From positions 1-24,128 of the IMG/VR virus record IMGVR_UViG_3300048577_000580: a stretch of DNA of 24,128 nt, one strand, 5' to 3'. Origin of the DNA: a virus. Its lineage: Duplodnaviria > Caudoviricetes. Of the stretch, positions 8,448 through 16,395 are shown piece by piece; position 1 is the first letter of the stretch, and each line of letters opens with the position of its first letter. The position numbers were made by a program, and so were the translations under genes. The notes under the pieces were generated by a model. The model saw nothing but the letters and a program-made list of their open reading frames with translations. It had not been told where the DNA came from and made no database searches.

Positions 8448-8483
8448 TCCGACGCCTTCCGAAAATGTCGGAACGTGTCGGAA
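8447..8483. promoter_or_regulatory. Four phased TTCCGA boxes (two direct, two inverted) at the start of the CII-like gene
   Basis: TTCCGAC 8447, TTCCGAA 8457, GTCGGAA 8467, GTCGGAA 8477: exact 10-bp spacing. Confidence 0.55.
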
Positions 8484-8695
8484 GGACGCGCTCCGGGCAA
8501 AAAAATAGACTGGTCGCCATGGACATCACCGCTATCAAACAGGAACGCAGCACCCGCCCCGATACGACCGGGACGGGCACCGCGCAGCGCATGACCGCTT
8601 GGGGAATACCGGCCGGAGCCGGCGGCGAGGAGGACGGGTTTGCGAACGCCGTACCAGGAAAGAGGAACGCACAACACATGACGCGGCGCGACACT

Positions 8696-8935
8696 TCAGG
8701 CAGCCTGTTCGTGTGCAGCAGCAGTCGACTCCGCACGCTCATCGCGCGCGGCTTTTTCGGCCAGTTCGCCGAGTTCCTTCGCGTAGCGCAGCTGGACGTG
8801 CGCCGGTATGCCGCGACGTTTCCAGTTGTTCACGCGCTGCTGAACCCCGCGTGTGGGCGGCAGGCGCAGCGCTTCAGCGAAGGCCTTGTGAGACCCTGCC
8901 GCGGCAATCAGTCGGGAGACTTGTTGAGCATCCAT
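8696..8935 (-). CDS. cro: Cro-like HTH regulator
   Basis: 79 aa, LIAAAGSHKAFAEAL...QRVNNWKRRGIP. Divergent from the repressor. Confidence 0.85.
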   Translation of the reverse strand: MDAQQVSRLIAAAGSHKAFAEALRLPPTRGVQQRVNNWKRRGIPAHVQLRYAKELGELAEKAARDERAESTAAAHEQAA

Positions 8936-8941
8936 ACCCTC

Positions 8942-9019
8942 ATTCTAAACACGGCGTTTATTTTCACGCAAGGCATTGCAACCGTGCGTGTAACAACACT
9001 TTGTTTAATCCGGTAGCGT
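8942..9019. promoter_or_regulatory. OR-like region: divergent promoters and operators
   Basis: Operator TAAACACGGCGTTTA 8946-8960 and degenerate copy ACAACACTTTGTTTA 8993-9007. Minus-strand promoter TTGCGT-N18-TAGAAT (8971-8942). Plus-strand -10-like TAGCGT 9014-9019. Confidence 0.75.
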
Positions 9020-9025
9020 TCTGGT

Positions 9026-9481
9026 ATGGACGAACGCGACGACACGTCAGGGGAAGCACAGGTCAAACGGCTCATGGAAGCCGCAAAGGCCCACTTTCGC
9101 CTTGAGTCCATAACCCAGGCATGGCTGTCGACGAAGATCGACGAATCCAATCAGACAATCACGAACTGGAAGAAGCGCGGCATCCCGCAGGAGAAGCTGC
9201 TGGGGCTGAGTCGGAGATTGGGCTGCAGCCCGGACTACATCGAGTTTGGACGACTGCCGCAGGCGGACGAAACGGCCAGCCACCTGAGAGAGCCCGAGGC
9301 GAAGTTCTCGGTCGAGGAGGCGCAACGCCTACTCGCCATCAGTGACGAAGCACGCGTCATCGCGCTCGCGTGGGACCAGCTGCCCGAAACGCTGCGCGGT
9401 TACGTCAAGGGCATCATCGAGTCGGCCCTCGCGATCAACCACCTGAAGCAGTCGTCGATTCCGCCGCGCTCGACACAGTAA
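9026..9481 (+). CDS. cI: CI-like repressor, HTH only (no S24 peptidase domain)
   Basis: TQAWLSTKIDESNQTITNWKKRGIP...LGCSPDYIEFG is an XRE-type HTH. Divergent from cro; 151 aa. Confidence 0.82.
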   Translation: MDERDDTSGEAQVKRLMEAAKAHFRLESITQAWLSTKIDESNQTITNWKKRGIPQEKLLGLSRRLGCSPDYIEFGRLPQADETASHLREPEAKFSVEEAQRLLAISDEARVIALAWDQLPETLRGYVKGIIESALAINHLKQSSIPPRSTQ

Positions 9482-9573
9482 TTCACCGGAAACCATCCTT
9501 TCAGCCTAAGCGGGCGCCCTTCGCGCGCCGCTATGGTCGCTGGCCCACAAGCAAATCCAAATAGGAGACCAGC

Positions 9574-9759
9574 ATGGATGAACGGAGCTACCCCTTCGGG
9601 CCACCCCCCGACCAAATGGACGTTTCGACTGCCCAGGCGCTGCTTTGCGCAGTGCTTCACGGCCGCGTCCATGCCATGGTCGGGTTCGTGGTCTACACGG
9701 ACGGAACAGGTGAGCAGATACGCATAGGCAAAGCGCCGCACCCGCTCGACAACCTGTGA
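9574..9759 (+). CDS. Small hypothetical protein in the immunity region
   Basis: 61 aa, AGGAG RBS upstream, same strand as cI. Confidence 0.5.
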   Translation: MDERSYPFGPPPDQMDVSTAQALLCAVLHGRVHAMVGFVVYTDGTGEQIRIGKAPHPLDNL

Positions 9760-9804
9760 TGTTCGGCCCCGGCCCAGCCCTTGCGCCGGGGTATGTCCGC
9801 CTGC

Positions 9805-10344
9805 TCAGTGGGTCAGAAGAGCGTCCATCACCGCACCATCCACAGCTGAATAGTCGACAGTCACGGCCCCCGATGCGGTGACCCGGTACTGGTCCCAATG
9901 CGACCCATCCCGGCTGCAGAACACTCGATACTGCCCTGCCCGGTTCGTCACCGCCTGCCACCTCATCTGACCGCATCCAGTGACACGCGAGGCCACCAGC
10001 GCCCGTGAGAGTGCGGCATTGAAATCACCGCTCACCGCCCCGTAACGCTCAACCGGCTCCCGCTTTGGATGCCCGGACGGCGCCGCCCGATAGACCCACA
10101 ACGAGACCAGCGCCAGCGCCACGGCAGTCACCCACACCCAGGGCGGATTGTGATCACGGCTTCGCGCCTGCGCTGAACGCTCCTCTGCAGCCCGCTTCGC
10201 GCGCACCTGCGCAAGCAGCGCGGACCGCGGCGCTTGCGCCAACTCCGCCGGGTTCGCAGCGCCCAGCGGCGCGCCGCACTTCGGACAAGCAGCCGCCAGG
10301 CTGCTGACCTGCCCCTTGCACTCCATGCATCGAACCAACGTCAT
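9805..10344 (-). CDS. Zinc-ribbon, single-TM membrane protein (moron-like)
   Basis: Start MTLVRCMECKGQVSSLAAACPKCGAP (CxxC...CxxC), hydrophobic WVWVTAVALALVSLWVY, C-terminal domain with two Cys. Confidence 0.75.
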   Translation of the reverse strand: MTLVRCMECKGQVSSLAAACPKCGAPLGAANPAELAQAPRSALLAQVRAKRAAEERSAQARSRDHNPPWVWVTAVALALVSLWVYRAAPSGHPKREPVERYGAVSGDFNAALSRALVASRVTGCGQMRWQAVTNRAGQYRVFCSRDGSHWDQYRVTASGAVTVDYSAVDGAVMDALLTH

Positions 10345-10435
10345 TTTTGTATGCACTCGGGTTGAAAGAGTCGCGAGCGTAGCAAGCGCCGGGGTGCGCA
10401 GAGCACACACGGAGCCCACCACACAAAATTTTTCT

Positions 10436-10475
10436 TAAACGCCGTGTTGATTTCTAGATAAACGTCGTGTTTAAT
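10436..10475 (+). promoter_or_regulatory. OL/PL-like early promoter with two operators
   Basis: TAAACGCCGTGTTGA 10436-10450 and TAAACGTCGTGTTTA 10459-10473 each match the reverse complement of the OR operator at 14/15. Promoter TTGATT-N17-TTTAAT 10447-10475. Confidence 0.82.
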
Positions 10476-10510
10476 CTAGCCCATGCACCAGCCGGTGCAA
10501 TCAGGACGCG

Positions 10511-10597
10511 ATGACGGACACGCCTGCCCAAACCGAAGCGCGAGACATCGCCCTTCGCATATTGAGCGGAGACCTGCCGGAAGGACGTTCCGAATGA
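10511..10597 (+). CDS. Putative 28-aa leader peptide
   Basis: MTDTPAQTEARDIALRILSGDLPEGRSE*, AGGA RBS, first ORF after PL. Confidence 0.4.
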   Translation: MTDTPAQTEARDIALRILSGDLPEGRSE

Positions 10598-10626
10598 CGT
10601 AGCAATTCAACACGGAGCCCCACGCG

Positions 10627-11145
10627 ATGGAAAAGCAGATCAGAACACTCATCAAGGAAGCTAAGTGCGCCCAGCAATTGCTGGACCTGACACAACGCTT
10701 CGCCGGCATGTCCCGCCACGTGCCGGACGAAGTCCTGAAGCACCAGACGGAAGTCGCCCAAAGCTGCCGGCGCGGGGCAGTGTCCGCGCTGGAGCTTTCC
10801 CAGATACTGGAATCGATCGCGTCGCAAGCCGAAGCCGTCGTCACGACACTGAACGCCACGAAGGCGCCGGCCCCCGAGGAGGCCGGCAAGGTCCACGTGA
10901 CCCTCAGCACCGGCCGCACCGTAGTGCTCACCTGCGTCAGCGATACCGAATGGTCGCTGGAACTGCCGTCGTCGAATGTGCTGACCGAGGGCGAGACGAT
11001 CGAACTCGGCAAAAAGCTGGCGCAGTTGCACCGGGGCCGCTGCAGCACCTGCAGCTGCGGCGATACCGTCCCCAGCGTGTCGACCGTCTCCGTCGACATC
11101 ACGCTCACCGAGGCCGACGGCCCCGGCGACCGGGCACCCCTCTGA
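10627..11145 (+). CDS. Hypothetical early protein
   Basis: 172-aa ORF with GGAG RBS and coding-like codon use. Confidence 0.7.
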   Translation: MEKQIRTLIKEAKCAQQLLDLTQRFAGMSRHVPDEVLKHQTEVAQSCRRGAVSALELSQILESIASQAEAVVTTLNATKAPAPEEAGKVHVTLSTGRTVVLTCVSDTEWSLELPSSNVLTEGETIELGKKLAQLHRGRCSTCSCGDTVPSVSTVSVDITLTEADGPGDRAPL

Positions 11146-11166
11146 CCCGCACCGGACTGCGCCGCC

Positions 11167-11364
11167 ATGGACACGGGCAGCGTCACCAACATGGAAATGC
11201 GCCAGGCATTCCGCGACAGCGGTCTGTGGCGCCAAGGCTGGACATTCGAGCGCGCGCAGCAGTGCGCCCTCGTCTGGCAGTGCCTGACCATGATGGTGCG
11301 GGCCCGACACAAACAGGCCGCGCGCTCCGGACAGACGGTCACCGTACAGATCGAACTGATTTAG
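11167..11364 (+). CDS. Hypothetical protein
   Basis: 65-aa ORF tiling the early operon. Confidence 0.6.
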   Translation: MDTGSVTNMEMRQAFRDSGLWRQGWTFERAQQCALVWQCLTMMVRARHKQAARSGQTVTVQIELI

Positions 11365-11374
11365 GAGGCTGGGG

Positions 11375-11656
11375 ATGGATATCGCACTGCGGCTGATCAT
11401 GCGCCGCCTCGACGACCAGTTGCTGGAGCACCTGCGGGCGCACTGCGCAGAGCAGGCGGCGCGCATCGACGAACTGGAGGCGCAGGTCGAGCGCCTGCAA
11501 AACGAGGCGATTGACGCCGACAGCCGGGCCGACATGTGGCACGACCTCGTCAATCGCCTGCAGGGCGACATGGACCCGCCGGCGCACGTTGGCATCACCA
11601 CCGACGGCAGCATCGTGCTGCTGCCCCCGGAACCGGCGGCGCAGGTGACGGCATGA
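11375..11656 (+). CDS. Hypothetical coiled-coil protein
   Basis: 93 aa, AGGAGG RBS, ATGA overlap with the next gene. Confidence 0.75.
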   Translation: MDIALRLIMRRLDDQLLEHLRAHCAEQAARIDELEAQVERLQNEAIDADSRADMWHDLVNRLQGDMDPPAHVGITTDGSIVLLPPEPAAQVTA

Positions 11657-12084
11657 GCACCAGCACCAGCACACGCACCGCACCGCGCAACCGTGCGGAC
11701 AACCTGCGCCAGGCACGCAGCGTGATCAACGAGCGGCCCGGCATCACCACCCGCCAGTTAGCCAGGCTCATCGACCTCACCCCGCAGGCGACGCTGTCGC
11801 TGTGCGTCGAACTCGCTGCATCGAAGGCCGTGTGCAGCACGACAGACCGCAACGAGCGCCGCACCAGCGGCTACGACACCACGCGCTGGCGCGCCATCGA
11901 CGCGCGCCGCATCGCGGCCAGTGGCGGCGGCTACCCCTTCATTCCGTTGCGCTACCCGCGCGCCACGATTGTGCCGGTGCGGGCTGGCGGCCGGATGGCA
12001 CCCGACGTGCGCACCGATGCCGCCGTATCCATGGGGCGCCTGTCGCCCAGCGACTACTACCAGAGGGAGGGCGCACCGTGCTGA
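11653..12084 (+). CDS. Winged-HTH hypothetical protein
   Basis: Start MSTSTS at 11653. INERPGITTRQLARLIDLT resembles a wHTH. Confidence 0.65.
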   Translation: MSTSTSTRTAPRNRADNLRQARSVINERPGITTRQLARLIDLTPQATLSLCVELAASKAVCSTTDRNERRTSGYDTTRWRAIDARRIAASGGGYPFIPLRYPRATIVPVRAGGRMAPDVRTDAAVSMGRLSPSDYYQREGAPC

Positions 12085-12299
12085 AGACGCTGCGCGCAGC
12101 GCTGCTGCGATACACCATCACCCGTCAGACCGCACGACGCGAGCAGGCACAACGCGAAGTCCGCCACTACCGCGACCTTGAGCGCGACGCGAAGGCCAAG
12201 CGCGCCGACGCACAGAGCCGGATCGACGACGCGGAACGCGAACTGGCGGGCATCGAGCGCCGCCGCACCGTGGCCCGACTGGCGAGGGCGACCGTATGA
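12078..12299 (+). CDS. Hypothetical coiled-coil protein
   Basis: GTG start after GGAGG, overlaps both neighbours. Confidence 0.6.
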   Translation: MLKTLRAALLRYTITRQTARREQAQREVRHYRDLERDAKAKRADAQSRIDDAERELAGIERRRTVARLARATV

Positions 12300-12631
12300 A
12301 CGCCGTGCTCTTCGAACCGCTGGGCATTGACCTGTTCCAGTTGCTGGCGATCGTTTCATTCGTCGCCGCCGTCTCCACGATCATCGGTATGGCATGGGGC
12401 GGCCGGGCGCGCGACGACATGACGCTCCACTTTGGTTGCCACACCGACGTGCAGGCCGCAGCACGGGCCGGCCTGATCGAGCGGAGGCGCGTCCCGCGCG
12501 TCAGCATGGTGACCATTCGCGACCCAGACAGGCCCAGCCTAAAAATCCGCGTTCGCTCCGATGACCCGCGAGCGATCAGGGCCGCTGAGATCGCCCGTCA
12601 GCGGAACCAAAGCGCAGGTACCCCAGCATGA
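12296..12631 (+). CDS. Hypothetical protein with N-terminal TM helix
   Basis: LFQLLAIVSFVAAVSTIIGMAW hydrophobic stretch; ATGA overlaps at both ends. Confidence 0.65.
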   Translation: MNAVLFEPLGIDLFQLLAIVSFVAAVSTIIGMAWGGRARDDMTLHFGCHTDVQAAARAGLIERRRVPRVSMVTIRDPDRPSLKIRVRSDDPRAIRAAEIARQRNQSAGTPA

Positions 12632-12813
12632 GCGCCGGCATGGATCGCGACCGCTACCGCGCCGCGCTGCTCACCACCGTGGGCGGCGAGCCCTGCACGG
12701 ATCTGGACGGCGAGCGCCCCGGCGTGTGGCTGCCTGCGGCGGCGTGGCAGGCGATAGCGGACATCGTGATGTCGCAGGGCGCCGTCGACGTGACCGCCGC
12801 GCTGAAGAATTGA
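12628..12813 (+). CDS. Hypothetical protein
   Basis: 61 aa, ATGA overlap. Confidence 0.6.
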   Translation: MSAGMDRDRYRAALLTTVGGEPCTDLDGERPGVWLPAAAWQAIADIVMSQGAVDVTAALKN

Positions 12814-12820
12814 GGACGCG

Positions 12821-13039
12821 ATGAGCATCGAGCACCTACCCAAACCGTCCGACGTGCTGCCACTGGACATCCAGATCGCATTGCGCATGGCCGTCGCGCA
12901 ACGGTTCGACGCGGCTGGCGCCTGGATCAAGCCCGGACCGAACGAACAGCAATCGACGGTCGCGCGCATCGACAAGATCGTTGCAGAGGCCCGGAAGCGA
13001 TACCCGCACGGGTTTCGCACCGACGAACTGAATCCATGA
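12821..13039 (+). CDS. Hypothetical protein
   Basis: 72 aa, GAGGA RBS. Confidence 0.65.
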   Translation: MSIEHLPKPSDVLPLDIQIALRMAVAQRFDAAGAWIKPGPNEQQSTVARIDKIVAEARKRYPHGFRTDELNP

Positions 13040-13041
13040 GA

Positions 13042-13270
13042 GGGGGCGAGGCGGCGCAGTCAGCCGCTGGTGAAGGCATGACGCGCGGGCAGTACCTGCC
13101 AGGGGGAGCCGCGCAGCAGAAGGTGAAGGGACCGTCGTTTGCCCTGGTCACCGCCCCCGTTACGAGCGCCGCGCAAGCGGCATGTGCAACAGCGCCGAGA
13201 ACCCCGCGGCGGCGAGGCCTGCCCTTCCAGGCCGGACTGCTGCGGCATCGGGCAGAACACCGCGCCGCGC
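13042..13270 (+). ncRNA. Candidate structured RNA upstream of acb2
   Basis: GGGGGCG 13042-13048 pairs with CGCCCCC 13152-13158, enclosing several hairpins. GCCGC-GCAA-GCGGC GNRA hairpin at 13168-13181. The only long gap in a tightly packed operon. Confidence 0.35.
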
Positions 13271-13307
13271 TGCCGCGACCTGCAGCGCACTCACAAGGAT
13301 TGAACGA

Positions 13308-13595
13308 ATGGAAAACCAGCACCAGCACATCAAGGGCTATCGCGATCTGTCGCCCGAAGAGATCGCGCTGATGAACGAGGGCAAGGCGCTGGCCGAGCAG
13401 TGCGGCGCGTACATCGAAAAGCTGCGCGCCATGCCGGCGACCGGCGCGAACGGCGTTCCGTTCATGACTGACGCCGCGGACAACGCCCCCGCGCAGCCGA
13501 GCCTCGATCACCGCTGGATCAGCATCGGTGCCACGGACCTGCAACGCGGCTTCATGGCCGTGATTCGCGGCATCGCACAGCCGACGAACTTTTGA
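13308..13595 (+). CDS. acb2: Acb2-like cyclic-oligonucleotide sponge (anti-CBASS)
   Basis: True start at 13308 (AAGGA RBS): MENQHQHIKGYRDLSPEEIALMNEGK...RWISIGATDLQRGFMAVIRGIAQPTNF matches the recalled Acb2 signature, with Y11 and K26 in place. Confidence 0.88.
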   Translation: MENQHQHIKGYRDLSPEEIALMNEGKALAEQCGAYIEKLRAMPATGANGVPFMTDAADNAPAQPSLDHRWISIGATDLQRGFMAVIRGIAQPTNF

Positions 13596-13646
13596 CTTCG
13601 CGCGCCGCGCAGCCGCGACCCGCTGCGCACCACCCAGGAGTAACCC

Positions 13647-13994
13647 ATGCCCGTACGTCCCTTCAACGACTCGCTGCGCAAGATCCGGCGCGGCGGCCTC
13701 GCCGATGAATTGAGCGAGGAATTGAACCGGCTCACCAAGGCCTGCACCGAAACCGGCCGCGCCGGCGAACTGGTGATGAAACTGAAGCTGAAGCCCGGCA
13801 AGGGCGGCCACATCGAAGTTTTCGACGACGTGACCGTGCGCATGCCGAAGCCCGAGCGCGGCGTCTCGATCTTCTTCGCCACGCCTGACGGAAACCTGCA
13901 GACGAACGACCCGCGCCAAGGCGAACTGGAAGGCATCCGCAGCGTGGATGCCGAGCCGGAGAAGGCCGTGCGCGACGTGCGGGCTGCGGGCTGA
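13647..13994 (+). CDS. YfdP-like prophage protein
   Basis: F...L...RG....ELS..L......ETG.AG.L...L and IFFATPDGNL...DPRQ.EL. Sits directly before DUF2303. Confidence 0.65.
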   Translation: MPVRPFNDSLRKIRRGGLADELSEELNRLTKACTETGRAGELVMKLKLKPGKGGHIEVFDDVTVRMPKPERGVSIFFATPDGNLQTNDPRQGELEGIRSVDAEPEKAVRDVRAAG

Positions 13995-14029
13995 GCCCTT
14001 CCATCCACCCAGTTAACGGAGTCAAATTC

Positions 14030-14872
14030 ATGCAAGCTCAAGATACACCGAGCGGAACCGTGGCAGACGTCGTTGCCTTGGCCGCTACGGTCGGCATGGC
14101 GATCAGCGAGCCGAAGCGCGTCAATGCAGGTGACATCCCGTTCGTCGTCATCCCCGACGACCACAGTGTCAAGAAGCTCGAAGACACGCTGCTCAACCCC
14201 TTGCGCACCCGCGCGACGGTTGCCATCAACGCGGCCGACAGCTTCATCGCCTACATCAACAAGCACAAGACCGACGCGACGTCGCTGTACGGCAGCATGG
14301 GCGACAAGCCCAGCTTCATCGCCGTAATCGACGACCACGTGCCAGCGGTAGCCGCGTGGCGTGAGCACAAGGCGACCTACGCCTGCCCGCTCAGCCCGGA
14401 ATGGCTCACCTGGACCAACCCGCTGCACAACGCCAAGGCCAAGACCCAGGTCGACTTCGCCCGCTTCATCGAAGACAACCTGCTGGACATCGTCGACCCG
14501 AGCGCTGCCGAAGTGCTGGCGGTTAGCCGCACGTTGGAGGCGAAGAAGTCGGTCAGCTTCTCCAGCGGCGTGCGCCTGGACAACGGCGACGTGCAGTTCA
14601 CCTTCAACGAAGAGACGAAGGGCACGGCCGGCAAGGGCACCATCGATATTCCGGAGCGCTTCGGCATCGCCATCCCTGTGTTCGAGGGCGGCGACAAGTA
14701 CCGGATCGACGCGCGCCTGCGCTACCGCATCAACGACGGCGGCCAGCTTTCCATGTGGTACGAGCTGGAGCGCCCGCACAAGGTGATCGAGCACGCCACC
14801 AAGGAAGTCTGGAAGGCGATCGCCGAAGGCACCGGCCTGCCCATCATCAACGGCAACCCGTTCGCATCGTGA
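14030..14872 (+). CDS. DUF2303 / YfdQ family protein
   Basis: DSFIAY, AVIDDH, LSPEW..W, Q.DFA.FIEDN, IPVFEG, ARLRYR motifs. Confidence 0.85.
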   Translation: MQAQDTPSGTVADVVALAATVGMAISEPKRVNAGDIPFVVIPDDHSVKKLEDTLLNPLRTRATVAINAADSFIAYINKHKTDATSLYGSMGDKPSFIAVIDDHVPAVAAWREHKATYACPLSPEWLTWTNPLHNAKAKTQVDFARFIEDNLLDIVDPSAAEVLAVSRTLEAKKSVSFSSGVRLDNGDVQFTFNEETKGTAGKGTIDIPERFGIAIPVFEGGDKYRIDARLRYRINDGGQLSMWYELERPHKVIEHATKEVWKAIAEGTGLPIINGNPFAS

Positions 14873-15168
14873 TGCCGAGCGCGGACACCCTCGTCACGGC
14901 CGCATGGCTTTTCGCCAGCACCTACGCGCTGGTGTTCGCGCTCGGGCTGCAGAGCCTGAACGTCAACGGCGGCCACTACGCCGCCGCCTTCTTCACTTCC
15001 TTCTGCATCGGCGCCAGCAACCTGGTGCTGTTCAAGCTCGCGCCGGATGCCGGGGGAATCCAGATCGTCGCGTACCTCGCTGGCGGCCCGCTGGGCATCG
15101 TCAGCGCGATGCGCGCGCACCCGTACATCGTGCGGCTCTACGGCCGCCAGAAAGGCACGGCATCGTGA
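14872..15168 (+). CDS. Small multi-TM membrane protein
   Basis: ATG at 14872 (TGATG overlap), about three hydrophobic helices. Confidence 0.72.
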   Translation: MPSADTLVTAAWLFASTYALVFALGLQSLNVNGGHYAAAFFTSFCIGASNLVLFKLAPDAGGIQIVAYLAGGPLGIVSAMRAHPYIVRLYGRQKGTAS

Positions 15169-15560
15169 GCAACGAACACAAGCCGGAGAGCATGGCGTAT
15201 CGCCGCCTGAAGTATGGCTTCTTCAACGGCGGCTTCCTGCTCGCCCTCTATCACGCCATCGCGAACGGCAGCCAGTGGGCCGAGAACATCAGCGTCTTCT
15301 ACTGCATGGCGGTGAGCCTGCTGACGCTCGTTGCGCTGCACAAGGACATTCATTCCGCAACCGTGGAGGCAGTCCGCGGAAGAGGGATGCCATGCCCGAA
15401 GTGGATGAACGCTGCCATCGACATGACGGCAATCGTCGCGATGGCGTCCGCAGGCTGGTACTGGTGTGCCGCTCTGTATCTGGTGCGCTTCCTGCTGCTG
15501 AAGAGCGTGTCCGACGCGGCGGAGAAGCCGGGCCCCGAAACCGCTGCGGGCGAGGCCTGA
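15165..15560 (+). CDS. Membrane protein, hypothetical
   Basis: GTG at 15165 (GTGA overlap), several hydrophobic segments. Confidence 0.68.
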   Translation: MSNEHKPESMAYRRLKYGFFNGGFLLALYHAIANGSQWAENISVFYCMAVSLLTLVALHKDIHSATVEAVRGRGMPCPKWMNAAIDMTAIVAMASAGWYWCAALYLVRFLLLKSVSDAAEKPGPETAAGEA

Positions 15561-15562
15561 TC

Positions 15563-15961
15563 ATGGCTTACCCACTGAGCCCCGCCCTGACCGCCGCGCG
15601 CGCTCGCCTGCAGAGCGGCGAGCACCTGACCGCCCGCGACGTGTGGGAATCTGACGCGCACATCTGCCGCTCGGCTGCGCACCTCACGCTGACGCGCTGG
15701 CACGCGCAACGCCTCACCCACATCGCGGAATGGCGGCGCTACAGCAGCAACGGCATGCCGGCCCCGGTCTATGCATGGGGCGAGGGGAAAGACGCGCCGC
15801 GGCCGAAGCCGATCAGCAAGGCGGAATGCACGCGCCGCTGGCGCGCCGCTCACCCCGACCTGTTCGCCGCCCAGTTGAACCGGATGAAGGCGCGCCGCCT
15901 GGCTGCACGCCCGCCGCGCCTTGAGCCGCTGATGGCAGCACTGCTGGGGGCAGCACGATGA
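15563..15961 (+). CDS. Hypothetical DNA-binding (wHTH-like) protein
   Basis: Start MAYPLS. HIAEWRR...PVYAWGEGKDAPRP motif is common in proteobacterial phages. Confidence 0.68.
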   Translation: MAYPLSPALTAARARLQSGEHLTARDVWESDAHICRSAAHLTLTRWHAQRLTHIAEWRRYSSNGMPAPVYAWGEGKDAPRPKPISKAECTRRWRAAHPDLFAAQLNRMKARRLAARPPRLEPLMAALLGAAR

Positions 15962-16395
15962 GAAAGCGCGGCGCCCACATCAAGCACGTGGCGGCCCTGC
16001 CCGGTCGCGCACGCGACTGCGTGTCGCTTGAAACCGAGCACTACATCGCACTGCAGTTTCTGGGCACCGACAACTTCGGCCGCGACCAGGTCGCCAGCAT
16101 CGGCGCGGCCGCCTACATGGTGCGCGAGATACCGCGCGGCCGGATCGGCGATGTTGCGCACCGGCACGCAGCGGCCGTGATCCGCACGCTGAACGAAATC
16201 ATGGACATCGCCGACCGCACCGGCAGTGTCGAGGTGAGCGCCGCACGTGAAGCCGCCCTGCGTGCTTCCTGCCCCATCGTATTCCGCGCCCTTGAGGGCG
16301 CGCGCAACAGCGACATCGCCCGCGCATCGCTTGCCGTGCTGGCAATGCAGCGGCGGATGGTCGCGCAGGCGCAGGTCATGGGCGCAAAGCCATGA
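15958..16395 (+). CDS. Hypothetical protein
   Basis: 145 aa, ATGA overlaps at both ends. Confidence 0.68.
   Translation: MRKRGAHIKHVAALPGRARDCVSLETEHYIALQFLGTDNFGRDQVASIGAAAYMVREIPRGRIGDVAHRHAAAVIRTLNEIMDIADRTGSVEVSAAREAALRASCPIVFRALEGARNSDIARASLAVLAMQRRMVAQAQVMGAKP

Noticed and set aside
8437-8742. 101-aa ORF between cro and the CII-like gene
   Set aside because: Low-complexity, overlaps cro and has no clear RBS. It cannot be supported, though a small gene here is not excluded.
9767-9791. CCCCGGC/GCCGGGG hairpin between convergent genes as a terminator
   Set aside because: Long loop and no U-tract on either strand, so support is weak.
8479-10587. CGGAAGGACG shared at ~8479 and ~10578
   Set aside because: A 10-bp GC-rich match can arise by chance in 24 kb.
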